A stretch of 64,000 bases of DNA. Source: Lama guanicoe. Lineage: Eukaryota. The position numbers were made by a program, and so were the translations under genes. Shown piece by piece: positions 1-13,023 of this stretch; position 1 is the stretch's first letter, and each line of letters opens with the position of its first letter. Below the pieces are notes generated by a model that saw only the letters and a list, made by a program, of their open reading frames with translations, searched no databases and was not told the origin of the DNA. The stretch is from positions 7,892,931-7,956,930 of the forward strand of contig MU057340.1 of NCBI GenBank assembly GCA_013239625.1. The letters are read 5' to 3'.

Positions 1-57
1 TATATTGTTGAAGGTCCCCAGGTGAATCCCATATGCAGCCAAGGTTGGAAAACCCAG
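1..57. mobile_element. MER5A-like hAT-Charlie MITE terminal fragment
   Basis: ccccaggtgaatcccatatgcagccaaggttggaaaaccc resembles the MER5A end (ccccaggtgattctgatgcagccaaggtttgagaaccactg). Confidence 0.55.
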
Positions 58-440
58 GGGCAAGTCCTCGTGAGAATTATGAGAGTCTGTACTGTCTACC
101 TTCAGGAGTCCTTGAGTCACTCAGAAAAGTTCTAAGCATCATTACCAGTCCCTGCAGACTGACAGGCACTCTCCTGTGAGATTATTTTCCTTAGGGGAGG
201 AACCAGAACCAGGACCAGAGTGGGATGGGCATGAGTGTACCTGCATAAATGCACACGCTTCTGAGGCATTTGGGCACGTGGCTCTGTTTCAGTGAATCTT
301 CAGAATAATCAGAGACAGCTGTGCTGCTGAGAAATCACTGGCCTCAAAATGATTGGTTTTACATGGCTTCCAGAATTGCTGCAGGTGTCCTCTGGGTAGG
401 ACAGAGAACGCCCCTTGAAGAAGGAAACACACTGCACAAG

Positions 441-463
441 TCTCCCTCTCTCTCTCTCTCTCT
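441..463. repeat. (TC)n microsatellite
   Basis: tctccctctctctctctctctct. Confidence 0.85.
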
Positions 464-869
464 GCTCCTCAATGTACACATGTCTGGGAGTGCCACCTCA
501 TCAGCAAAAGTATGAAGCCCTTTGCTGGCTTCTGCAGTTCACTTTTGGAGCAAGAAGGAATTGGGAGGCCCTGGCCTGATGAGGACACATGGAGACTCTG
601 TGATAGGTTGATTTGTTATGGGACCAACACTTGGCCCTTTGGAGACTCAAATCACAACTGGAGTGTCAGGTGTGTTTAAAATGGTACAGATGCATGATAC
701 AGACACTTATTGAGGGAAAAAAGGGTCAGGGACATCCCAGATCCCCAGCATTCACTGTAGCCATAATCCTGTTTCCCAGGGGGAAAAAAAGACAGCCTTT
801 CAAGAATCCAACATAGGGGCAATTTTGCCTCTTTTTTTAAAAAAATTCTTAGCGTGTAGGAGAAGAAAC

Positions 870-1020
870 TAACACTTATTGGCCTCTGTGTTAGAAACTC
901 CACATGCATTTAAATTATTTAATGCTCAAAATAGCCCCAAGGCTGAGATGATGTTTCCATTCCATTTACAAATAACAGAACTGGACATGTCAGAAATTAG
1001 GTAAATTTTCCAAAAGGGAG
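870..1020 (-). mobile_element. MIR SINE fragment
   Basis: Degenerate antisense MIR: ttatttaatgctcaaaatagccc...ccatttacaaat...ttaggtaaattttccaaa. Confidence 0.5.
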
Positions 1021-1146
1021 GAAACTTCAGAATTCTGGTTCACCTCACCTCTTTCTGTCTCCAGAATCTGGTCTTTCCTGTCACCAGGCTGCATGGAGGT
1101 CTATATTGAGACTTAATAGTGTAAATACTGCTAGTATTAATGCTAT

Positions 1147-1320
1147 TAACTCCCATTTCTCAAGTGAGCTTTGTGCGCTAGGTATTCTGCTTGAATTATC
1201 TTAGGTAGTTCTCACCACAGCCCTGGGGAGTAATATGCTACCCATTTTACAGATGGGAAAACTGAGAAGCGACTCCTTGAAGCCCACAGCCAGTAAATGC
1301 AGAGTCAGATTTACTCCCTC
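1147..1320 (-). mobile_element. MIR SINE
   Basis: Antisense MIR core cccattttacagatgggaaaactgag followed by cacagccagtaaatgcagagtcagattt. Confidence 0.8.
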
Positions 1321-2561
1321 CCCTCAGGTCTTCACTTCTCCATTTCCCTTCAAAACCCAAAGTGATAAGGGGCTCATGATAGAATTTCAGACTGAACAGG
1401 GAACCTCCACTGACCTCAGGAATACAGCACATGGTGGGTGGTTCCTCTCTTAGCCTCTGCATAAGGGCTGCTGGAAACTTCAAGAGATTGTTTCAGAACT
1501 CGGAGCCTGCTGCGGGCAAGGCAGTGGGCATTCAAGATGCCAGCAGCATGACTGCATCACTTACTTTGAAATACATTTCCATCATTGCAGTAGAGTCATC
1601 CTGCACTTTCCCTACACCCAAATATAAAATCTAATTCATGGCCTCATCAGGCAACGATGCATTGCAAATGCGGACAATAAATACTTTTCTTTTATGATAA
1701 TGACAGCAGATAAGCACCTTCTAGAAGGTGTTCAAAGATGATAAGCACACAGGCAGCCAGGTTGCTGAGACTCGTGAGACTTATGAACCATAATTCTCCT
1801 CATATTTTCTCAAGTTTCTATACGAAAAAATTCTGTTTCTTTAAGCCTCCTACACTTTCACTCTCAGTCCCCCCTCCCTTTNNNNNNNNNNNNNNNNNNN
1901 NNNNNNNNNNNNNNNNNNNNNNNNNNNNNNNNNNNNNNNNNNNNNNNNNNNNNNNNNNNNNNNNNNNNNNNNNNNNNNNNNNNNNNNNNNNNNNNNNNNN
2001 NNNNNNNNNNNNNNNNNNNNNNNNNNNNNNNNNNNNNNNNNNNNNNNNNNNNNNNNNNNNNNNNNNNNNNNNNNNNNNNNNNNNNNNNNNNNNNNNNNNN
2101 NNNNNNNNNNNNNNNNNNNNNNNNNNNNNNNNNTAACACGCCGTCNNNNNNNNNNNNNNNNNNNNNNNNNNNNNNNNNNNNNNNNNNNNNNNNNNNNNNN
2201 NNNNNNNNNNNNNNNNNNNNNNNNNNNNNNNNNNNNNNNNNNNNNNNNNNNNNNNNNNNNNNNNNNNNNNNNNNNNNNNNNNNNNNNNNNNNNAACTGCA
2301 TTTACTCCCCTCTGTGCAGCAGAGTCACTGCACTCAAGGGCTGGCCAAATTATGGGTGACATACACATCTTTTGAACAGCCCATGGGGATGTATTCCCCT
2401 CCTTATTATGTGCAAAGCCCCTCTGTCATTGATATTACCCAGAATTGGCATTTTCAGGGAAAGATGGAGTTCATGGTTTGCGTTCTTGCCCTCATAGCAC
2501 ACACTTTTCAAAAGGCTTATGTTTTGAAGCAGGAAAAGAACTTGGAAATATATGTAGATGC

Positions 2562-2680
2562 TCCCTTTTCCAAAAATGGAGTTATTAAGGTTCAGAGAGG
2601 CTAGATGACTTGCCCAAGGTCACACAGCTAGCCAGTGCTGAAGCCCTGAGGAGAGATCAGTCTTCTAACCCCAGGTCCTA
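2562..2680 (-). mobile_element. MIR SINE fragment
   Basis: aggttcagagaggctagatgacttgcccaaggtcacacagctag is a typical antisense MIR segment. Confidence 0.8.
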
Positions 2681-4148
2681 GCATGTCTGGAAGGGGCCTC
2701 TTTGCATCATTTCTGCTCCTCTGTAAGTTTCATCTCTGCATCAAGTACCAGGCATATTTATAAGGGGGAACTGGAGGCAGAGGGGAAGAGGAAGGAAGAA
2801 AAGATATATTCAGGAGGAAGACCCTCATGGTTGAGAAGATAAGCAGCTTGTGATTTTTAGAAAGCTACATTTTGAAAACACGTGGGGAGAAAACTCTGCC
2901 ATCCAATGAGATAAGGACACGGCGCAGTCTTGGCTGGCACAGAAGTGTAGCGATTATCGGCACAATTGCCTCTTCTTGTACACACAGACTTAAAAGGCAC
3001 CCTCCGCCACTTCTGACCCAGGGCGACAGTACATTTCCCGCACTTTCACTATTAAATTCAGCCTCTAAACTGCTCCCCAGGTGCGCGATGACTCGCTACA
3101 TTAGCTCCGTGGTGAAGGNNNNNNNNNNNNNNNNNNNNNNNNNNNNNNNNNNNNNNNNNNNNNNNNNNNNNNNNNNNNNNNNNNNNNNNNNNNNNNNNNN
3201 NNNNNNNNNNNNNNNNNNNNNNNNNNNNNNNNNNNNNNNNNNNNNNNNNNNNNNNNNNNNNNNNNNNNNNNNNNNNNNNNNNNNNNNNNNNNNNNNNNNN
3301 NNNNNNNNNNNNNNNNNNNNNNNNNNNNNNTCGATTGAGGGTACGTCCTGGTTCCTGTATCTGGTCGGAAATTAAATAGTCATTTAGAGTCCTGAACAGC
3401 CCTTGTGGGTTAATTCAAAGAGCAGCCGCTTCCTACTCTCCCTCAAATTGGAGAAACTCAGGGTGGACTTCCGCAAAAGCAAGGAACTCCTCAGTGGGTC
3501 CGTGTCCTTATCATAAATTCTCTTCATTCCAGAAGCTGCAGGGACACATTACATGACATTATAGAGTGCATAACGGCACATCCTGGTCTTAGGACTGCTG
3601 CAAGCAGCCGAGGGCTTGTCAGAAAATTACTGCGAATTCTCATTTGGAATGCTGTCACCTTTGTCCTTCTCCATCACCGCCTAATGTGACTGCAGAGGAC
3701 TTGTTTTTGGAGGGTGGATGGAATGTAGATGAGAGAGGGAAAGGTGAAGACTTAATACCATCATTTTTTCTGTAAATCTGATACCCCAGATTAAAAGAAA
3801 AATGGCATCTCTGGCAATATTTGCCAAGATGAGTGCCCTTATATTTTTTAGGGTGAACACAAGGTGGCTTCCTTCTTAAGCCGCTTCTAATTTCTGAACT
3901 TCTAGGACTCATTTTAAGAAAGTTATCTGGGCATGTAAGTAAATTCAGCACTGGTAATCCATAGATCATTGGCAGGGTTTTGGCTCTCTATGAGTCATTT
4001 TAGAGAATGTGGTCTTCAGTGATGCACAAAGATGTTTTTAAAACACTTGAATAAATAGCCTTATCAGGTTAGAAAGAGTCAATTTGTTCCAAATTAAGCT
4101 ATAAGTTCCCACCAGTTCTAAGGGTATATGTCTATGTGTGTATGTGAA

Positions 4149-5650
4149 CTTCACAAAATGATTCTGTGGTTCATATGAAAGAATAAACAAGTAAAACTAT
4201 GCAGGAAATTATATAAAGTAAAAGTGGTAGAGGACTCCTTGCTCCATCTAATTCTAAAACATAATACAAACCTGTAGTAATCAAAACAGTGTGGTAGCAG
4301 CATGAGAATAGACCAGCGAAACAATGGGAAAGGATGTCCAGTAATAAACCCAAGTGTAAGAATTTGGTACATAATAAATGGTATTTCAAATAATAGGGAA
4401 GAGATTGATTGATAATGAATATCATAAAATTGACTAATATTTTAGAGAAATGAATAGATTCCTAATGCATACCTTGTGAAAACTTAACTTTCTTTAAAAA
4501 TATAAGTGTCAAGTATTATCCACAAAAGCAATGAAGACACTTTCTGGTAAAAATTCCTATGATTGTGGGAGAGAGGAGGCTTTTCTAAACATGACACCAA
4601 AAACAGAAACCAAAAAGCAACTACAGTGAAAGATTTAATTGCATAATTAATGTAAATATGACAAAAATTAAAATGAAAAGCTAACCACAAACTAAGAACA
4701 CATTAAGTAGACAAAGGGTAGGTAAAGAGTGGCTACTCCAGTAGAAAAAAAAAATTAGGACAAAGTGTAAAGAGACTATTTACTGGAATAGAGAAATGAA
4801 TAACCAATAAATTCAAGGACCACACAAGTAATTGAGAAACTGGATTTGAAACAATAAAACAATTTTTCAAATCACTTTTGCTTATCAAATTGGAAATATT
4901 TTAAAATAATTCACAATGGTACTAAGAATGTGAGGAATTATGTACTTTCATATTTTGCCAATGTGTATATAAATTGTTATAATATTACTGAAAAGCAACG
5001 TGATAAGTCATCAAAGTCATTAAAAAGTTACATTTGTCTTTGATGAGAAACCCAACTACCAGAAATTTATACTAAGAAATATTTAAATACGCTTTTAACA
5101 TATTGTTCTTATAAACTATATGAACATTTATTTAGAACATGCTATTTGGAACATTTTTAAAAATTGCAAAGAACCTAATTTTACAACAGTAGATGAAAAG
5201 AATGTTCAACACAATATTATTTATTATAAAAGACAAAAAATGGGAACAACCTAAAATTTCAATAGTGAGTCATTAGTGCAATAGTTTTGGATCTATTTAT
5301 ATGGAAAGATGTTCACAGTATCTTTTTGCATAGAAAGCAGTTTGCAAAGCATGAAAATATACATATTTTCATGGGGGAAAAACATATATATACACATAAT
5401 TAGAAACTGGCAGACTGATCTGAATCTCCAGTTTAATTTACTCAATTTGAATGTGATTATGAGTTTGATAGCTTATATTAAATTTTTTCTTTTTTGAAAA
5501 GAAGTGCAAATGATAATTATGCTTATGTAGGCAAACTGTACATGGGAAGAAAATATTAACTAGCAATGTAATAAAGAAATGATTTCTTTGGGGGCCTTAT
5601 GCTCAAATCTTCAAATTTGTACTGTTTCCTTGCGGAATTACTCGATCAAA
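4149..5650 (+). mobile_element. Old L1 (L1ME/L1MC-like), ORF2 3' part and 3' UTR, degraded
   Basis: A-rich; tacaaacctgtagtaatcaaaacagtgtggtag encodes the ORF2 motif YK-VVIKTVW; many stops and frameshifts. Confidence 0.8.
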
Positions 5651-6549
5651 CTGAAATTAAAACCAAAAGATCTAACTTGGTCTGGTCAGCTTGCCCTCAT
5701 GTCCCAGATAACTGCTAGAACTTTCCATCCTCTGCAAAAGCATCAGGCAACAGTTATGATTGAAACCTTGCATGGACTTCATCCATTCATTCAACTGATA
5801 TTAACTGAGCAACTTTGTTTATCCCAGTGAACTTCCTGTGGGGTAAGTTGTTTATAACTGGTGCTCTGAACAGAGCAGACGGAAGTCGCGAAAAGGCAAA
5901 ATCTGGTACTGATCCCAGGAGAGGGAAGGCAGATATCAGAACTCAAGCTTACAGCAAGAATGAGCCCAAGGCTTGGCCCCTGTGAAAATGCAAGGAATCT
6001 GTATGCACAACTGCTACATTTTTAAGTTAGATTTTTGTCACATTCACCCAAGAATCTTCATTGATCATGTACATAATATTTTCAAAACCCTTCCTGAGAT
6101 TAGCTGACCACTGTGATCCCTAAGTGAAGACCTTCAGCTCTGTTGGTTAGATGGGTCTACCACCATACACACTGGGATCCTGACTCCAAAAGTAACTTCT
6201 CTCCTTTTTGGGTGTTGGGCTGCCTTGGTGAAGAGACTTGGGGAATGGGGGCAGTGGGGCAGTTCTGTGGAGCTGAAGCTGGTGGCGTGGGGTGTGCTTC
6301 TACCAGGCTTACTTCACAGCTGATTCTGGCACCCAGAACGGAGATGGTTGATGGGGCTGGGAATCCAGAGACCACCCAAACATGGCAGGAGGCCCAACAC
6401 AAATGCTGACGGCTGGGAGAAGGAGCTAGCAAATTGGAAAGCTGGGGAGAAGAAATGGAGGCCAAGATAAAATCAGTACGTAGGGGCCCTTTTGGTCCAA
6501 GACATGAGGGCAGGAGTTATTGTCTTTGTAGAGTTCCCACCCTCTCTGC

Positions 6550-6985
6550 ATTTAACTTTCCCAAACTCCAACCACATCCAAGTGCCATCTGGAATAATCT
6601 TTCCTTAAGTCAACTTCCCTTCTGTCCCTTATGTAAATCCACTTAAAATAAAAGTTTTAAACTTTATATACTGCTACTAAATGGAAAACCAGTGTCATTT
6701 ACCATAAAGCAATGATAATTGTGAAAGTATGTAACAAAAGCCAAGCATCAGTATCGGGCATTTCCTGCCCAAGGTCTGAGCCTAGAACTCACTATCTCTT
6801 GGTTAAAAAGGAACGTTAGGTGGAGTTAGGGGGTGAAGACCAGCACGAATAAAGACTTTCTCCTTGAGCTCGCTGGAAGGACTGAAAGCATTCCAAAGAA
6901 GGCCACCCTTGTTCCTCTGTGGGCTTTAGTGGTTTTTAACTCTTTATTGTGCAGCACCTAAAATCATATGCCACCCTGAACAAAA
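6550..6985 (+). mobile_element. MER113-like hAT-Charlie element
   Basis: aaatggaaaaccagtgtcatttaccataaa, gactttctccttga and cacctaaaatcat match the recalled MER113 consensus in order. Confidence 0.65.
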
Positions 6986-8774
6986 TGACCTTGTTAACCT
7001 CCCACGGCATGTTCTCCTTTATTCAGGGCACCCTGCTCAGAGGTCCATGAACCAGTGTTTCCCATAGGAGGGGAGCAAGGTGCCCTGGAGCAGAGAAACC
7101 CAGAGCCCCCAGAGCCCACTCTCAGACTCATGTCCCACGGTGGCAAGGAGGGAGGCTGGCCCCATGTGCCCAGGGAGCAAAAGCGACCCCGAGAGACAAC
7201 ACTGTGCTAAACATGCCTCTGTGACTTTGTGCAAAGAGCTCAGCTCAGAGGCCATAGGACACTCAGAACCCCTGGGTATAAAGGTAGCCTTTGGCATTGG
7301 CTGAGCCGACCCTCACTGGAGGCTTTGAGAAAGAGGGGTCAGAAGTACTACCCATGGGGAAGATCCGGGAGAGGATGGAAGGGTGGGCTCAGGGCAGTTG
7401 GGTCAGCCCTGGGTGTGAGATGGCACTTAGAGCCCTGGCTCAGTGGGGCAGGGGGAGGGTGTGGGATAGCTGGGGGCTGGGACACCCATCTCACCACTCC
7501 TCTCCTCCCCCTCTTCCCTGACACCCTGCCACATGCTGTCAGAGCCCTGGATCATCAGATCAGTGGGTCCTGGGACCGTCCAGTCCAAGTGGTTCATCTT
7601 ACAAACGGGAAGAAAGGCCCAGAGCAGAGCATGCCTCATCTAAACTGCAGAGCTGATCTGCCTTTCCCGCCTCGCTGAGAGCCAGGCCTCCCTGGGGACA
7701 GGCACTCGTTCACCAACTGCTGGTCTGTCACCTCGTTTGTGCTCCACAGGCTGCCAGGCAGAAGCCCATCTCTGACTGTCCCTGCGTGACCTTGGGGTAA
7801 AATAAAAGGGTACAGTGGCAGCAGTGACAAGCTTAGCCAGTCACCACCTTGGGTTTGGGGAGCTCTCATGACAACTCACAACTGTAGAGAATATTCACTT
7901 TTCTTTAAAGGAAAGGAAGTAATTTTTTTTTTCTTAGCAGTACTGAAGATTCACAATGAGTGCCCTCTTGAACCCTTTTTCATTCTTTCTTTCTTTCTTT
8001 TTTTTTTTTCAGTGACATGGTTTCAGCCCTAAATCATTAGAGCGTCCTTCCAGAGCAACTGACACCCAATTTGCTGCCACTTGGGCCTGGCCCTCACAGT
8101 CACGCTCCCTCACTCACGCTGGTCTGCATGGAGGCAGAGAGCTCAGCACGCCCCTCTTCACTCCAGCTGCGGCTCAGGTCCCCGGTCCCTGCCTTTGTCC
8201 ACAGTGAACTGTGAGGGCTTGAGCAGGGCATGGCTACATTCTGCCTCTGTGTCCGTCTCTGTAAATGTGAAGTGTTAGATTGTCAGAACGCTCAAGCTCT
8301 GTCTAGCTCCAGCTCCCACATCNNNNNNNNNNNNNNNNNNNNNNNNNNNNNNNNNNNNNNNNNNNNNNNNNNNNNNNNNNNNNNNNNNNNNNNNNNNNNN
8401 NNNNNNNNNNNNNNNNNNNNNNNNNNNNNNNNNNNNNNNNNNNNNNNNNNNNNNNNNNNNNNGGGAACAAGGAAGTGAACAAATGGCAGGATGCTCACTT
8501 CCCACCATGTGTTGCCAAAGGTAGCTTCCTCAGCGGACTGTCCCACCTGTGTTGGCAGGTGCTAGAAGACAGACACAGAAAGAGTCTTGCCCTGGGCACT
8601 GTCACAGTGCTGTGAAGGGAAGTCAGTGTACCCAATGAGGGACCAAAGAGCCTTGATGCGTCATTCCAGATCTTCACTGAATGCTGGACGGTCTCCTGCT
8701 TAGCTCTGAAATGTGTGAGTGCACACCTGTACTTAAACAACTCTCTCCTCTGTGTCATTACATGACCCCTGGCC

Positions 8775-8890
8775 CCTTCCCTGAGGGCAGGGGCTCTACC
8801 TTTCTTTCTCTGCACCTACACCTAGCATCACACCTGGCTCATCACTGGGGCTGAGTCAATGTTGAATGAAGATATGAAGGAATGAAAGGA
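8775..8890 (+). mobile_element. L2 3' end
   Basis: ctgagggcagggg...cctagcatcacacctggctca...tcaatgttgaatgaa, the L2 terminus with TGAA tail. Confidence 0.6.
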
Positions 8891-9519
8891 TGAAGGGTGT
8901 GAACGTGTTCAGGGAAAGGAGAACTGCCTGGGAGACTTGGTAGCTTTGGAAGGTATGTGGAGTGGGTACAATCAGAGGAAAGAACCGCGATGAGGTAATC
9001 TGCACCACAATGGTAAATCCAGCCCAGAGCCACACATGCCCTTGGCTACTTGGTTGAATTCAGGATGCTACTCTATCATATTTTTACTCAATGGAGCTGA
9101 TCTAGCTACTGCCACTGCTGAATGTCCAACCGACTAGCAACTGGAACAACACTGAGTTCCCGAGAAAGTGCCATCCTTCATGGAGACCAACCAACCAACT
9201 GGTGGTAAGCTGGGTATATTGAACTCCTCCCACTCTGCAAGGGTCAGTGTTCCCTCTTGACTGGAATGGACACATGTCACAGGTTTTGATTCGCCTTTCC
9301 AACATCATTGTCCAAGGACTTCTAGAATGTTTGGCCATTTGCTGGATCAGCCTGGTCCCAGGCACAGAGCATCTCATTCTTTTCCACCAGGTTTTACTAA
9401 TAGAGGAGAGCAAGCCCCAGAGAGGAGCTCAAAGCAGTTATTTTTTGAAATATTGAATTTTACTATTAAAAATCAACTCTAATTTTGCCTTTGAATGTAC
9501 TAAGAAAGCATGCAAAAAT

Positions 9520-10615
9520 AAAAGAGAATAATCTCCCATAATTCCACACCTTTTAAAGTAATTTGCATTAATAAAATTCCTCTGCAGTCCTCATCTCACT
9601 CCTGAGAGAGAATGATTTATGACAGGATGACAAGTTGCTATGTATCTTTCTCAAATGTGTCCTGTGCTTCTATAGGTATATTGATATATATAGTTCTTTT
9701 TCTTCAAACATTGGAATGGTGCCATTCATACCACTCCACAAATGGCTTTCCAATTTAACCGCATATATAGGTATTTTTCTCTTTCAGTGCACTGAGGTCC
9801 ACTTCATTCTTGTTCAAGGCTGCATTGTTTTCACTTCAGTCAGTACACTCCACTGTATTTATTTATTCCCCTCTGAATGGACTTTTACAATGTCTCCAAC
9901 TTTACATCATTGGTTGTTGTCACTTTAAACAGTGTTGTAGGAGACATCCCTTGTACACGTATCCTCATTATTTTATTGTAATTTCTATAAGACAGATTCT
10001 TTCATGAAATACTGCTGGCCTTTATGGTATACACATTTAAAATTGTAATAGATAAGGCAAATTGCTCTAATTTGTACTTCCATCAGTAAAATATGAGAGG
10101 GTCCATTTCTCTGTACTCCCACCAGTATTATATGTTATTAATTAAAATTACACTTTTTGACAATTTGATAAAGACAAAATCTATCATCATTATTGTCTTA
10201 AATTGTATTAAAATATTATTTAAAATGAATTGATTGTCATATACTTATTGTCCATGAATAGTTCTTTTCTGAATTTCTTGTTCGTATTTTTTGCCACTTC
10301 TTCTATCTGTTATTTGTTTTTTCTTATTAAAGACCATTACATATTAGAGAAATTGACCTTTGGCTATTAAACATGTTGCAAATATTTAGAGGCAAGGGCC
10401 ACTCAGACGCTTTACCGTTTATCTAGCCAAATCAACAATTCCTTTTCCTCTGTGATTTCTGAGATTTGTGTCAGGCTTATAAAGGCATTTCTCAGCCCAG
10501 AATTAACTTTAGGGTTTCTAAAATGGAGAGTCAGCTTTCCGCACATCATTTATTGAATAATCTATCACTTTCTCTCTCACTTGAAATATTTTTTAAAATA
10601 TAATTTTCTCTAAGT
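9520..10615 (-). mobile_element. Old L1 (L1ME-like) fragment
   Basis: T-rich antisense L1 3' region: ttcattcttgttcaaggctgcattg, tttgtacttccatcagtaaaatatgagag, catttattgaataatc. Confidence 0.7.
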
Positions 10616-10619
10616 ATTT

Positions 10620-10967
10620 GAGTGGTTCTAAGTGTGGTTCAGGAAGTTCTGGGGGATCCTCAAGACCCTTTCAGGTCAAAATTTTCATATTTTCATGATA
10701 ATATGAATACACTGTAATATAAACAACTCATTCTCTCACGAGTGTACACTCGAGTTTCCCAGGAGCTATGGGATGTCGTGATGCCATTGCTCTGATGGCT
10801 ATGGAAGTGTGTGCTTGTTCAGTCTTGCATTTCAAAATTTTGTTTTGATTTCTAATAGGGTAAATATTGATAGATATAACTTACATAACCAAAATTCTTT
10901 GGGATCCTCAATAATTTTTAAGAATTATGTAAATGATTCTAAGACCAAAAATTTTAGGAACTGTTGG
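10620..10967 (+). mobile_element. Charlie1-family (Charlie1b-like) hAT MITE
   Basis: Starts gagtggttctaagtgtggttc...gaccctttcagg; internal ctcattctctcacgagtgtaca; ends gaccaaaaattttaggaactgttg; both termini present. Confidence 0.7.
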
Positions 10968-11943
10968 TCTGGGCAGATTTGGTGTGTTTATTCTATGACT
11001 TTGCATGTCCCTTGGCACATTCTACCTAACCTGAAAGTACACGTACCCCAGACTGGGAAATGAACAGTGCAAGAAGAGAGAAACAGCCCAGCTCAGAAAG
11101 GGTTTATGTCATCACCTGGCACCTCTACTTATTAATTCTGTCCACTTGAACAAGGAGTCTAGCCCAAAACAGCCCCTAGATTATGTTTTACTAGTTTTCC
11201 TTTGGTAAAGATTACCAAGAATCTTTTTTCAAATCAAGAAGCAATCAATTCTGGCTCCGGAGATTTCTGGTCCTAATCCATCCCAGGGCCCTTTAAGAAA
11301 GAAGACTAGTTTGTGTTGTACTGGTCAAGAGATGGAGTAGAACTCCCAGGCTGAGGGTTTTGGTCATTTACGTTCTGACAGGTGCAGCATCCTGCACCAT
11401 GGGATGGAGAGACTGGGAGCAGCAGGGATCTGGCCCCTTGAAACTCAGCCTGGTGTCCTGGAATCATTGCAACTTGCAAGCGTGCCATTGGCAGTCAGCC
11501 CTGCCAGCACGCAGGGATATAATAAGATGGGAAAAGACAAGGGTCATTAGAATCTCAAGTTCAGAAGGCATTTCAAATATTATCTAGTAGTGAGTGTAAT
11601 GCTTATCTTGTGAATAAATTGCCCTTCAAAATCCCCAAGGAGCAGTTGTACAATGTGTACACTTAAACACTTGATGGATAGGAAGCTCTCTACCTCATGA
11701 AATAACCCTCACTGCTGAACAATTTGCATTATTACCTCTATCTAGAATGTGCTTAACCTCCCCTCCCCTCTTCACCCCACACAAATACACATAAACTTCG
11801 AGTGGTGATTTTTCACTGGGGTGTCAGTTCCTTCAGGAAGCCTCCCCGGACTCTTCCTCTCCCATCTCTGACTAGTGGGTTGGAGACACTCCCTTATGCT
11901 CCTGGACCACATTGTCTTACCTGGAGTTTGCATTTAGACAGAG

Positions 11944-12379
11944 TGCATCACTTTCTAGGGCTGCCATAACAAATCACCACAAACTGTCTGGCTTACAACA
12001 ACAGAAATGTATTTTCTCATGGATGTGGAGGCTAGAAGTCTGAAATCTGGGTGTTGGCCAGGCTGTGCTTCCTCAAAAATGCTCAAAAGGAGAGACACTT
12101 CTTACCTCTTCCAGCTTCAGGTGGCTATCGGCATTCCTTATCTTCCTGGCTGTGTCACTCCACTCTCTGCCTCTGTCATCGTGTGGCTTTTCCTATTGCC
12201 TCTTATAAAGATACTGGGTCATTGGATTTAGCACCCACCAGGGCAATCCAAGACACTCTCGTCTCAAGATCCTTAACTTAATCTTCAAAGAACTAGTCTC
12301 CAAATAAGGCAGTATTCCCAGGTTCTAAGGGTTAAGACATGGACATATCTTTTAGGGAGCCACCAGTTAACCCACTACA
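11944..12379 (-). mobile_element. MLT1C-like ERVL-MaLR solo LTR
   Basis: tttctagggctgccataacaaatcaccacaaact...ccaaataagg...ggacatatctttt...aacccactaca; TG...CA ends. Confidence 0.85.
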
Positions 12380-12381
12380 TG

Positions 12382-12685
12382 GAGGGTAGCAAAATGGCCA
12401 TCCTTGGATGAAACCCAGCCATTTTCTACATAACTTTTTTATACATTTTGGACATTTCACCTAAATATCTCTATTTCCATCTCCTTTGGAAAAATCAGAA
12501 GATATGAAAACTGGGACTGCCCTTCCAAAGGCATCAATCAGGAGAGCTGAGTGGAGGCTGTGCCCTTTAGGGAATGTCTGTGCTCTCCAGTTCACCCAGT
12601 CCCCACCACTTCCCAGCCCACTTCACTCACTTGAACTTGACTTGACCTGTCCAGTTCCCACAGGCATCTGGCTTGGTGACCCATA
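12382..12685 (+). mobile_element. MER102-like hAT-Charlie element
   Basis: gaaaaatcagaagat, gagctgagtggaggctg, gctctccagttcacccagtccccaccact, ggcatctggcttggtgaccc. Confidence 0.7.
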
Positions 12686-13023
12686 ATTTAGATTCTGTTC
12701 ATCTTGCTCCTACCAGACATTAAGTTGTCTTCTTTGACTTTGCATTTCTAAGACTTCAGACCTTTCCATTTCTAATACAGAAGAGTTGTTCAAAAATACT
12801 TGTTGGATTAAAGAATGTAGAATTACATTGGACAGAAATATTTTTCCCTGTAATTCTGACCTGCACACAGGTCTTACTCTTGCATTCATAGCCACACAGA
12901 ATGGGGGTTGCCTTCCTTCCTTATAAAAATCCTTTGCTGTTAAAAAACCAAATAATAAACAAGAAGACACCCACAATTGCACTGACATTCACTTATATGT
13001 CTCTATTTGCGAAGACGGGTCTT

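Noticed and set aside
1738-2368. ORFs spanning N-runs (also near 2872, 8230, 18484, 27973, 40672, 60703)
   Set aside because: Their length is an artefact of N codons never being stops; the visible residues match no protein I recognise.
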